This document shows positions 36,693 through 54,760 of a stretch of DNA of 64,000 nt, one piece after another. The stretch lies in assembly GCA_028534125.1 (NCBI GenBank), contig CM052839.1, positions 41,726,001 through 41,790,000 of the forward strand, given 5' to 3'. This DNA is from Lama glama (taxonomy: Eukaryota). The position numbers were made by a program, and so were the translations under genes. Each line of letters starts with the position of its first letter. The stretch's first letter is position 1. The notes under the pieces were generated by a model. That model had not been told where the DNA came from and searched no databases. It saw nothing but the letters and a program-made list of their open reading frames with translations.

Positions 36693-39150
36693 CTGGAAAA
36701 GGTCAACTGAAGGTATGCTGAAGACTGTGCCAGAGCCTGGAAAGGTCCCAGAAGCAGGGCTCAGAGAACGAACAGAGCAGGGCCTCCAGGGAGCCCCCAA
36801 ATCACCCCAGCTGCCGTTCTGAGTCAAGGGAGGCGCTGAGCCACTCATAGAGGGGAGGGAACCACCATGCATGAGAGGAGTATTTGGAGGGGGGGAGGTG
36901 GTGTTCTGGGAGGGGGAGGCTGAGTCACCGAGGCCCCGGGGCACCTGGCAGCACCTCAACCTGGGGCAGGAGGGGCCCTGGCAGCAGGACACACTGGGGC
37001 AGGCGGGGCCAGCAGCCTGTTCTCCACAGCCCAAGGCTCTGACACCCACCGACAACTGGTGGGCCAGAAGGTGGGGCCTGGGAGGGTCAAGCACAGGCAG
37101 ATGGGCATGGCTCACTCCCTGTGGAAGGTGCCTGCCCCCAGGCTCCTCCCTATCTAAGCTTTGCTCTAATATCTGGATGCCCTAGCCCCAGGGCTCTTTA
37201 TGAATTCAGAGGGTGGAGTGGGGAGCTACAGCCCCCCATCTCTGGCGGCAGCTCTGCTGGCAGGACAGGGAGGCTTTACAGCACCTGTTGCTAACCCATC
37301 CTCACCCCTTGTGCAAGATGGGGAAGCAGGTGGGCAGAGAAGAGAGACAAGAGCTGGGGCATTACTGGTAAAAGGGGCTGCCTGGCTCCCCAAGCTTGAA
37401 TCTGAGGCCCAGAGCCCCGGCTTCACTTTAGGAAACTTACAGGCAGTTCCTCAGTGGCGGCGAATTTGTTGCCCGAGTCCTGTGGCATGAGAGCCATGCA
37501 GGCCTGGGGCCCTGGCTGGGGTCCCCTTACTCCCAAAACGTCCCAAGCCCAACCCAGATGGCACTCCAGATCAAGGCCCAAGGCAGCCACTGGGGGAGGG
37601 CGCCCCTGGCAGTGCCTGGGGTCGGGCTGGCTCCCCCGCCCCCTGGAATGCCAGTCCAGCGCCGCGCAACCCCCCAATCCAGCCCAACCCAGGCCGACCC
37701 GGGAACAAAGCAGCAGGAGGGACCGGGAGGGCCAAGCGCCGGAGGGATTGATGCGGGAGGACGGAATAGGGGCGCGAGGAGGACAGAAGAAGCCAACAGA
37801 TGAAGGAGCCCGCCGAACCCGCAAGAAAAGTTAGTTTGTGCCTGCCCTCAAGGGTGCTGACCCCCAACTCAGGCCCCGCAGTCTCACCTCTCCCAGCCGC
37901 CCCGCCAGGGGTCCAGATGGTCCTGCTTGGTCCCTGGCACTTGGACGGTGGCTCCCACTGCCCCTCTTGGCCCTTTTCTCCTCCTCCTCCTTTTCCGAGG
38001 CCGGCTCGGCGCCTCCCGCAGGAAATCCCGCCCCTCCCCCCTCCCTCCCGCCGGATCGGGAGCGGAGGGACCGTCCCGGCCGCGCAGTCGGACTGTCAGT
38101 CAGTGCCTGCGGCCCCGCCCCGATCCGCGCCAGGCCCCGCCTCCATCGCCCCGGTCCAGACCCAGGATGCTGGCCCAGTCTGCGCATGCGCCCAGGTGAA
38201 GCGTCGCGGGTGGGAGCGAGAGTGGGCGCCACTGCGTCCGGGTTGTGGAGCCGGCACGACCTGGGGCTCTAGAGTTCAGAACGAAGGATAAGACACCCTG
38301 TTTGTGACTGTGTAGGAGAGAAGACATGATGTGAAGGGATCTGGGAACCGAGACCTGGGACTCCCACTTGGGAAACCTCTCTTCCTCTTTGCTCCTCGCC
38401 CCTCCCGAGATTCCTGCGGCGACCTCCGCCCGCGGCCAGAGTCGCATACCAAAAGCCACTAGTCGGAGTAATGGTGCCACCTACCGGACCTTGTTGGAAA
38501 AGTCCACGGTGGCGGCTGTGGGGACCCCAGCCTCGAGGAGGTGCTAATGACGGGCTGGGGTGGCGCTTCAGCACCATCGTGGGTCGGACAGCGCCTCCCG
38601 CCCCCCCTCCCCGGCCCTAGAAACCCAGCTTCCGAGCCTTTAGAAAGGGACTCAACGGAAGACCCTGAAAGAAGTCCGAACCTCCCTAGACCGCACCTGA
38701 TAGCCCTCAGTGGCCTTCAGTTGGCGAAGCTAGAATTTGGGAGTCCAATGCTCTCCCTTCTCTAAATCCCCTCTTCTTCCCTCCCTGTCCAGCTGGGTGG
38801 TAGGCACTAAGCAGCCCAGGGCTGCGGAAGGCAGGGTCACGCATTTGACTCTTCATACTTAACTTCAAACGCCGGGCTTTTCAAGTTTTACTAGAGAGGA
38901 GCCCAGAGGAGGGCTGGGGATAGGGGAGGGGAGCTCCTACAAATCCAAAAACCTGCAAGCTCTCCGCCCCCAGAATCGAGGCACATTAGCAGGCGCTAGG
39001 ATTCAGGACACTCAGGAGGGTGGAAAGCACAGGTGGGTTGTTCCGGAGACTGCAATCGTAGAAGTCGGATCCACAGGCTTTAGGGCCGTGCGGAGTTCCG
39101 GCAGTGGGCGGGGCTTGGGCGGCGCGCGCGCAGCCGCAGACGGCGGCCCA

Positions 39151-45072
<5,922 letters not shown>

Positions 45073-45409
45073 CCACGCAGCCCTGGCAGGGCCTGGGGTC
45101 TGCTCTGGGGGACCTGGACTGTCTACTCTCAGGGACTACCTCAGTTGCCTCCTACACCCAGACTCTGACCTGTCACTTTAGGGGCTAGTCTGGGCCTTGG
45201 CCCTGGGTATCTGATGCTTGCAGGAGAGTGGAGCCTTGCCCCTGTACCTGGCTATTGCAATGCATCCAAGCTTCCAAGAGATTGCTGCCTTGCAGTGATC
45301 CTCTGGGAACTCAGGATTAGATTTCAGAGACCCAGGGAGGTGGGGCAGAAGAGAGGACTCTGTGCCTTTAAATGAGAGGGTGCCTGCTTAATGTGATAAA
45401 GCCAAAGCC

Positions 45410-45415
45410 ATTAAA
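45410..45415 (+). terminator. TSEN54: TSEN54 polyadenylation signal ATTAAA
   Basis: ATTAAA ~340 nt after the stop, followed by a U-rich tract (ccttttctgctgt). Confidence 0.7.
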
Positions 45416-45559
45416 AATTAGACCCCTTTTCTGCTGTAACTGGATATACTGGACGATTACAACACCCCGCCATACCATTGTCCGTGGAACTGGCCCCCAG
45501 GCCCTCACCCCTGCTTTGCCCACCCACAAAGAGCGCCTTCTCTGTGCAAGAGCTAAGAG

Positions 45560-47430
45560 CAGCCCGCCCGCAGCACGGCAGGAACGCGACCCCGGCGCCT
45601 TTCTCAGGGAAGTAACAGACCTCTAGTTAGCTTTGCTTTCAAAAGGGTAGTCCGAGGAAGGAAGTTGGCACTCCTTTGGTCTTTCCGTGTATGCAGCCGG
45701 GTCCGGGTAAAAGGGCGGCGGAGAAGCGCTTTGTCAGTGTGGCTTGAACCCTAGTTGTTTCGAGCTGTGCAGTGGGGCGCGCCATTGCCCCCAGGGCCTC
45801 GGGCCGAGCGTCCGCGCCCCGTCTGCTCCCGCGTCGTCGTTCCAATCCCCTCCCTCGTTGTGCTAAAAACTCCTGTCGCTGTTGCTGTCCCTCGGGGCCT
45901 CCGGCGGCAGGGACTCGGAGGAAGGTCTAGGCTTGGGGCCCGCCCCGAGAGGAGGTGCCTCTCAGCGACGCCCTTCTCCCCAAGCCACCTGGCTCTTGGG
46001 CCCGAAACTTGGCCCTGTGTCCGCTGGTTACCCTCTCTGATCGGGTTGGGCGCTTTCAGGAAGAGCCAGCCTGGCTCTGCCCCTCCCTCTGCGGAGCGCG
46101 GGACAGAGTTGTGGGAGGAACCGCTCCCCTCTGCAGTCGGACCTGGGAGGTGGCCTGGGGCCGCCACGAGTTCCGGGAACTATTTCCTCCTCCGGGAGGC
46201 GGCGGGACACTGGGCGCGGCGTGCCGTTCTGCGGCCAGGTGCGCGCAGGTGAGGCTGGGGGCGGGCAGGCGGCACCTCGTGCATATTCAAGCAGGGCAGA
46301 GTCCCGCCCCCTCGCTCCCTGGAGCCACGGATTGGCCCGAGCGCGTCTCCCGCCCCGCGAGGCTCCCGGCTGCGCCCCCACCTCGACGGCGCAGGACGAC
46401 CAGGGGCGGGACGAGGTTCGTGGGGGGCGGGGCCCTGGGGGCCGGGCTCTCGCCCTTTATGTAAATAGAGGCTCCGCCCTCTGCTCGCCGCGCCTGAGGT
46501 GAGCAGGAAGGAGACGGCCGCCCAGCAGCCTGTGGGCCCGCCGCAGAGTGAGCGGAGCCGGCGGCGGACTCCGAGGGACGTGGAGGCCTCGGGTGGGGGC
46601 CAGCCTGGGGTTCCAGGTGAGGCGCGGGCCCGGACCCTCATAGCCAGGCCCGCACCCTCGGGGTGCCCGCCACTCGGGGCGGGGAGGAGGGTGAGGGCCG
46701 GGACCCCTGGCTTCCTCGGGCCCTACCGGGCGAGGAGGGCTGCGCCCAGGTCCGCTCGCCTCGCCCCGGATCCCGTCGTTCCGCTCGTCTGGGAGAAGGA
46801 CACCTGTAGAAAGTGCCGCTGGGAACTTTTCTGTGCCTGATCCGCCCGCGATTACAGAATTCAGGTTTCGAGTTTGCACAAAAGCGTTGGCTTTGAGGAA
46901 CAGGGAAACAGGTGCTCCTCCCGTCTGGGTGCGGGGGTCACTGCAGGCGGAGACGGGGTCCCCGGGCCTCGAGCTCCACGTGCAAGGCGCCTGGCCGGAG
47001 AGGCCGGCCCCGCACGTCTCCGGTGGACCTCTCTCCGCTAGCCGGGGCGGGAGCGCGTTACGTCGGCGGCTTAGCCCCTGCTTCTGCCATCTGGGCCCTC
47101 TCCCTGCCGGCTCTTTGTGCCTCCTAATCCCCGGACGCAGGAAGCCCGCGGGAGGGACTTGGGTCTCGGGGCCTTTCTCCGCCTCAGGCGGCTTTGGACA
47201 CCTTTAGGGAACGTTATGGAGACCCAGTGTCTTTTCCACTACCAAGGAGGGTGAGGTTGCGCCGTGGTATGTTGGGATTTGGCGAGGAGTGAAAAAATTC
47301 TGTCTTGCCAGAGAAAGTGTGCAAAGTTTGCTCTTGGTTTGCTCGGGCTGGACGGTTCGAAGACACACAAAGCTTTGGCTGTGGGGAGAACTGACTGTAA
47401 CCGGGAGAGCCGTGTCGTGGCCCCATGAGG
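45560..47430 (+). promoter_or_regulatory. LLGL2: CpG island / LLGL2 promoter
   Basis: CpG-dense; many GC boxes; AT-rich TTTATGTAAATA at ~46456-46467 just before the putative first exon; CAGGTG E-boxes at 46236, 46246 and 46614; TTCCGGGAA at 46171. Confidence 0.75.
46480..46616 (+). other. LLGL2: Putative non-coding first exon of LLGL2
   Basis: GC-rich segment ending in donor CAG|GTGAGG at 46617; start is approximate. Alternative donors at ~46249 and ~46499. Confidence 0.6.
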
Positions 47431-48746
47431 TTCTCACCTGAGACAGGTGAGCTTTGGGTGAGGTGGGCGGGGCGTAGACTCAGCCCCCTTCCCATGGGGA
47501 TCCATGTGCCAGATGCAGGGCGTCTTAACTTGGGCTCTAGGGATCCTCTGCAGAGTTTACGACTCAAGGTCCTATCAGGCTGTGGAGGGGAGGAGGGAGG
47601 GAATGAGTGTGTCAGGGAGACAGGAAACCCCAGGTGGAGGAACAGCAGCAGTACAGAAGAGCCCTGGCCCAACACAGGGGGAGCCAAGGTCAGAAGTGGC
47701 TTTTGAGGAAGACAGATCTGGGCCTTTGTGAACTGAAGCATGAGGATGATCCTGGAAGAGATGGTCCAACTTCTTCATTTTATACACAGGGAATTCAGAT
47801 TTGGTTTTCCTAAACCATTGGCCCACAGAGCTCACTTATGTCAGTCGGGACTCAAACCCAGCTCTGGGGACTCTGACCAGTGCTGATTCCTGTTCTCTGA
47901 AGTTAGACTCAGCCCGTCTCTGTGGCCATGGGGCCACTGGACAGTGTTTCCCAGGTCTGGGATCATTGTGCATCCCTACTCTTTCCGGAAGCAATGGAGT
48001 ATCCCCTTTAGCAGCAATTAATATAACTTTACTAATTTAGCACTTAGTAATGTTTTAATGTCCAAACATTAAAAGGAAAAAGGAAAAGACCCTTAATCTC
48101 AGATGACCCTTGTTGGCATAAAAAAAAAGGTAATAGGACCCCAATGGGGAAAATGAAGTGTTTTAGAAAGTGTAAAATAAGAGGGAAAAGACTTCTCCCT
48201 CTTGCCTTTCATTCTTTCCTCAGATAATGTTCATTAAGTTTTTTAGTGTATTTCCAGATTCAAGTGTAGTTTTGAATTGTGCCTTGCTGATTTCTTGCTA
48301 CATGATCTTGGCTTTGGCACTTAACTATGCCAAGCCTCAGCGAGCCTTGTTTTGACAAAAGTTGACGAGAGGATGCAAAATGTCATAAAGACATGTGACC
48401 TGGCACACAGCATGCACCAGGTAAAGGTGGGTTGCTTAGCATCCCCACCAAGCAGAAAAAGCGTGGTCACTTGTCCACCTTCGGGCAGACGCTTGGGCCT
48501 CTTGGACCTCCCTGATGGTTGTGAGGGAATCTGACTTCTCTGTCCAGAAATCATGATTTTTGAAAACCTCTAGAGATCAGAACTTTTAAAATGAGAATGT
48601 TGCTCCTGGGAGGGCAGAGGTAGAGGTCCGTGGCCTCTCCTAACCTCACCTCAGGTTCCAATAGCCCTTGGTAATTCTGCTGCTCCTTGGAAGAGCCAGG
48701 AATGAGGCCTAATGGCCAGACCCCGCTGTGGGACCTTTCCTGGGAG

Positions 48747-48748
<2 letters not shown>

Positions 48749-48794
<46 letters not shown>
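48749..48794 (+). repeat. (GT)23 microsatellite in LLGL2 intron 1
   Basis: Read directly. Confidence 0.97.
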
Positions 48795-48796
<2 letters not shown>

Positions 48797-51700
48797 AATC
48801 TAATCTGCTCTACTTTCTGCTCAAGGGGAGGCTTAGCTGTATATATTCTGCATCCTGATGGGTGGGTGGGTAGAGGGAAGCACATTCCTGTGCTTCTCTG
48901 TTGTCATTAAGGAGATTTTCTGCAAACTCCATAGTGCCTCCTTTAGGAAACAGGTATCCTCTTCTCCCAGGACTTCCTAGCCCCAGGACTCCCCCTCCCA
49001 TAGAGAAAGTGGTATGCAGAGCCAGAAAGTTTGGATCCTCTGCCATCAATCTGTGATCTGCTGTGTATCCCACTGGAGACACTGAGCATCCCTGGCAAGA
49101 GAAGAGTCTCTAGGAGTAACGTGGTGTTTCCTGAAGGATCCTCCCAAATGTGTCAGAGGCAGCTTTTGAGACACCTGAATCAGGGGCCAGGGTGGAGGCC
49201 GGAGAGGCCTGTGGTCCCTGCGCCTGGTTGGCTGCTTTGAGCAGCCCTGGCTGCCTGGACTCATTTATCCTGAGTACTCAGCCCAAAGAGGCCTTCTTAT
49301 CTCACACAGGCGATATCATTATCAGGGCTCCTCCTGAGTCAGGCATGCCAGGTCTGTTTGGCAACTTTGTTTTTTCCTGCCCAGGAGTAGTTTGCAGGGA
49401 GAAGAGGGGTATGGGACAGAAGATGAGTGTTCCCCATGGGTGCCACCCATACTCTGCCCTTCTCCAGCCCTGGCTCCCTAGGTTTCCCCAGGAGACTCTC
49501 CCTAACCTGTGCCCTGTCCCCATGAAGCTTTGCCCAGCTCCCTTGGGGTGGCCTTCCCTCCCCGCCCTGCCTCTCTGAGGAAACTGGCCCTTTGAAGAGT
49601 CACCCCACTCCTTTCCCTTCCTAGGAACCACAGTGAATTCTTGAGCTAGGAGAGGCTGCTTCTCTGGGCGTGGGGACAGGGAAGCTGCTAGGTTCCTGAC
49701 TCTACCTTTCAAGAATTCAGCAGAGACCGGAGACACCTAACTCAGTGTTCCCAGGGTTTGATGAGAGGGACATCTGGACACAGGACTGTTTGATTCTAGT
49801 AAATAATACTATTATTGGATCTCCTTGCCAAGGAGTTGGGTGTCCTGGAGCCTTGGGCTGAGGCAGGGCCCATAAGGGTATCCCCAGCAGGATGTCAGAC
49901 ATGACATGCAGCATGGCCTTGGCCTTGGCTGGAGACCTGAGATTGGGGTGGGGGGCAGTTCCCTGAGGGACCATGTGGGGCTACAGCCCACTGCTCTTTG
50001 GGGACCATGGCTCCCGACTGGAGAACAGCACCTTTGCCTAATTGATCCTGGTTCGGTCCGAGCTGTTTATTCGTCTATTCAAGTCATCCATGTAAATCAT
50101 CCACCTTCTCCCCAGAAGGGCTTTGCTTTTCCAGGTACTTGGCCACATGGAATCCGTCACTTCCCTAGAGAGAGGCTGGTGTTAGATTGGAGAAGGGGAC
50201 TGAGGCCCCCAGAATGGAGATGTGGTGGGGATGTGTGCATTTTGACTTTCCACCCCATCCTCACAGGCCTAGGGCAGGAAACCCTCCTTGTGGGAAGAAG
50301 CTGGATGTGGCAGGAGGACCCTCCCAGGGTTGTGGGAGGGGCCTGTGGCTCTGTAGGATGGACAGTGACACCTGAACCCAGACAGGGAGGGCAGGGAGGG
50401 CTCTGGCTGCTGACCCTAGGTGGTCCCATGCAGCCTCCTGTGGGCAAGGCCCTTTGCCCTGGGAGACAGGCTTGAACTGAGCAGATGGTCTGCAGTCAGG
50501 TTATTGGGACTAGGACTCTTACTGCTCGGGCTTGAGGGCTCTCAGAATCAGCTATTTCACAAGTAATTGTAAGAATTACATGAGATGATGCATGTTAAGT
50601 GCTTCAAGTAGCATCTAGCCACAGTTCCCTTTTATTACTTAACAACAGCAGTGACAACAATTCTGTGGTTCCCGCCCCCCTCTCTGTCTGTGTTTTCCTA
50701 GTCCCACCTCCGTGGAGGTGCCTTTTCAGCAAAGGTTTGGTTGCTAAGCTGCTGGCCAGGGGCCTGCCTGGCGCCTCTGGGAGATTGGGTTTCCCAGGGC
50801 AACTCAGGCACTTTGCAAAGGAGCCGTGGGCATCTGAGTTGGCACGGAGGGGTCAGCAGCCGCCCTAGCCGCTTAGAGGCCTGCCTTACCACCCCCCTTT
50901 GTGGGAGGTGCCGGGGTGCACTCACACCCAGCCCATGGAGGCCAAAGCCACACACGGGCCTCACACAGGCCTCACACAGGATGTTGGGGAAGGGAGGGCA
51001 GTTTCAGCAGCAGCAGACTGGCAGGAGCATAAGCAGAGAAGAGAGGAGAGGAGAGCTTGGGACTCAACTTCACACTGTGTTTGCTCCCGGAGATCGTGAA
51101 CATGGGCAGGTGCTAGTGTGGCTCCAGGAGCCTTCTTCCCCTTGGGCCCGAGATGTCCAGAGTCCTGCTTTTGGATGTAGCCTCTCCCTGCAGATCAATG
51201 GAAATGCCCAGGTTGTTAACAGGACCCCCTAAGGGGCTGGCCCATCACCCACCTCCAAGACAGGCTGGCTCAGCTTGGCCAAGCCTTGATCTCATGAGGA
51301 CAGTTTAGCCCAGGCATCCCAAACAGTGTTAGTGTGGGACAAGCAATCTGGTCTGGGGACCCCCTTCTTCCTTCCTGCAACACAATCAGACCTGCTACTT
51401 AGAGCAGAGAACCAAGACAAGTACCCCGCCATGCATTTATTTTTTTCTCTGCCGCTACTGGTCTCTGTCCTGAGGGCCTGCAATGCAGGGGTGGTGGGAG
51501 GGTCAATGTGTGACCCCGCTGCAGGGTCCAGGCAGAGGGATGGGAAGGGCAGACAGGGTGAGGTGTGGCTAGCCTGTTGCCAGATAGGTAGCCCCCCTCT
51601 TTTATTCCGGGGTGGGCATCAGGGTGTGAGGAGACTGATTCTAGGCCCTGGTATGTTGCGCTGGCCGGCAGCAGCGTTGGATGACTGGAGCAGTAAGAGA

Positions 51701-54539
51701 GAAGGAAATCGCGGGGTCGGCTGCCCGCGGGGAACTCTCAGGCTAGTTCCATGCAGGCAGCACAGACCTGTGGGGGGAATATGTTCAGAATTAGCCACAG
51801 GTCAGCAAGTCTCACGTGTCTTGGCCCTAAAGCCTGAGCTCCGGCCCCCAAGGGAACAGAGAGCGGGGCAGAGCAGAGCAGGCAGCTCAGAGGTAGGTCT
51901 GGTCATGGACAAAGTGTGCAGTGGACAGGAACGGAGGCCCGGGTTGGTCAGTCTTTAGAAGTTCAGGGACCCGCAGCCAGGCGTCTAGTTGCAAGCAGCC
52001 CAGGCCCTCTTCTGTGGGTGGGTCTAAAAAAACAAAGAAGTTCAGGGGATTGAGAAGGTGTTTCTTCTCAGGAAGAACCCCTGCCAAGGGTCTAGCCAGG
52101 ATCCTCGGAGCTCCTTCCAGCCCCAGTGACTTTGCCTTAGATCCTTCTTGGTTTCAGACTTGGGAGGAGCTCCTCAGCTTGGGGGGTTCCTGGACTCATC
52201 TCTTCTCCCACATCCCTCGTGGTGTACAGTACTCAAGAGTTTGCTAACCCCCTGCCCAGCCCTTCCTGTTGAAGCTCACAGCCACCCCACTTGTCACAGC
52301 CTGTGAAGTAGTAACATCCTTTACCTCCAGCCCCAGGACCCTGAGGCCTGAGGTCACACAGCTGGTCCAACCCACCTGTCTGCTCCCTGCCTCTGCACCC
52401 GTTTAATGTCCGTAGCAGGGGGAGTAGGAATGATTCCCCCAACGGGACTGAGTGCCTACTATGAGCTTAGGGCCACCCTCACAACTGACTACCACCTGGG
52501 CCTTCACCCCTTCTCTGTGTGATCCTCTTATCTACCTGCCTGGGAGGCAGATAAACCAAGAGAAGGAAAAAAATCACCAGTAATCCCATAACCCTTCCAG
52601 TGTGTTGTTGACTTATGTAAATATTTTTAATAGATTCTACCTGACTCTTGGAGACAGTACCTGTTTCCATGGCCATGGTCTCCTGCCCTTTAAATGACTG
52701 TATACCTTCCACCATGGGGCTGAGCACCCTTCACCTGCCCCCTGTCGTTGGCCGCTTAGGTTGCTTCTGATTTTCCCTAGTGGCCAGCACGACATGGGGG
52801 AGGAGGACATCCAAGGAGACAGATGGGTGCACGTGTCCGGTGGTTTTCGGAACCATTTTAACCTAAGGTGCGGTCAAGCGCTGAGGGAAGGGGGTGAGAG
52901 TGGTCAGGATGGGTTCAGACGGGGAGGCTTTTTGGAAGGTGATTTTTGATATGCTGCTTGAGGGGCAAGAAGGTTGTTTCAGACAGAATTGTGGAGACAG
53001 AAGCACAGAATCCATTGTGAATGCAGCCTGAAGAGGGGCTGAGCAGATGGAGGGGCCAACTCGAGGCCAAGCAGAGGGGACGTGGGGGAGGGGAGGGTGG
53101 GCCCCATCAGATCCCTGCCCAGAGCAGTCTGTGGGTTCCCATGGAGTCAAACTGCAGCTCTTTGCTGGGGCACACCAGGCCCTCTTCCGACCCACTTCAT
53201 CTCTCCTTGTTGTCTGTACTCAGCCTCTCCTGGCACACGTGAGCCTGTTCCAGCTGCCTGGCCCACCCTGTCCTGAATCTTGCCGTGGTTGACCACTTCC
53301 TGTCATCATTCAGGCCTGGGTGGAGGTATTACCACCTGCTTTCATTCATCCAGCGTGTGTGTGGGGTGAAACAGGGCGGGAGTCCCTGAGTAGGAAGAAG
53401 ACCCTTGTGGAGGGTTGCACAGGTAGTAAACTGTTAGTAATAGTTAACTGTTCCAACATGACCAGTCCTGGGGAGCAAAGCCAAGCCAGGAAGTAGAGGA
53501 GAGGGAATGTCAGGGGAGGCATGTTTGAATAGAGGGAAGGGTGGGAGGCAAGTGAGTATCTGCAAGAAAAGCGAACCAGGCAGAAGGAATTCAAATCCAC
53601 AGGTCAGGCTCTGGAAGGTTCACCGAGTCCTTCGACCACCTAACCCTGGTCACTCGATCACGCGTCTTCCCTTATTTTCTTGCTCGCTCTGATCTCTTTC
53701 TGACACCATCCCGCTGACTGATTGCGTACCTGTGAGTCATCACACTCTCCCCTGCAAGGATGTAAGCTTGGTGAACTGGGGGATCTCGTCTGTCTGTCAC
53801 GGTTGTATGCTCATTCCTAGGGCAGTGTTTGCTCCGTGCCAAGCACTGTGTCAGGCACTGGCGTTTGGCGCTGCTCCCGCTGCTCCCAGCATACGAGCTC
53901 TCTGGGCCTCGAGGAGCTGTCCTGGGGGACACTTGGCTTGGAGGAGCTGAGCTGTAGTGCTTAAGCCCTGGCTGTTGGTCCCTTACGTCTCTCTGCCCCA
54001 CCCCCCAGGAGTGGGCTGAGCAGGTAGGATCTGTTCCACACCAGGAGGCTCCAGGCCCAGGTTCCGGAAGCTTCTCCTAAGAGAACCTGCTTGTCTGGGG
54101 TGAGTGGGGCTGGGAGTTTGCCTGGAGGTGAGTCCAGCCAGTCCCAGCCCTGTCCGCCTTCAGGATGGGATGGTGCTTCTTATGCCTTGACCTGGGCAGT
54201 TATTTCCGTATCGGGGGCTACGCTTAAGGTAAGTTGGAGCGAGGAGCAGATGCTGGGCCTTCCCTGCCTTGGTCCTGGCTCTATCACCTTAGGGCAATGG
54301 GGTCCCAGCCCCCATGGAATGAATGGCAGATCCATGCAAGGCCACTCAGCCCTACCCAGCCAGACCTCGCCAGCGGCCAGGCCCCTGGCCCCAAACTGCT
54401 TGGTTGGCTCCCAGTTGAAGTCATGTGGGTGTGTGTGTCTGCGTGCGTCTGTGCCTTTTAACTGCAGGGGTGTAATTAGGCATCCTCTGTCTTGTCATAT
54501 CCATCCTTTGCTGCCTCCCAGAGCCCTTAGATTTGGGAA

Positions 54540-54760
54540 TTTGCCAGACCTGGGGTCAAATCCGTGTTCTGCTTGTTCTTTCTCAGTGACCTGGATGAGG
54601 TGCCCAGCCTCTGTGGTCTTCATTTCTTTGTCTGCCAAGTAGGGATATTCCATGCATCTCCCAGGGAGGATCTGGAAGGTGAATGAACATCCAGGATGAG
54701 GTTTAGATGCACCTTGTTCTAACACACAAAGGTTTGGTTCAGTGCCTGGTACGCAGCAGG
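54540..54760 (+). mobile_element. MIR SINE
   Basis: agacctggggtcaaatcc...gtgacctgga...cagtgcctggtacgcagcaggtactc. Confidence 0.55.

Noticed and set aside
51326-51958. 210-aa ORF in LLGL2 intron 1
   Set aside because: Non-ATG start, no domain features and no supporting promoter or poly(A) signal.
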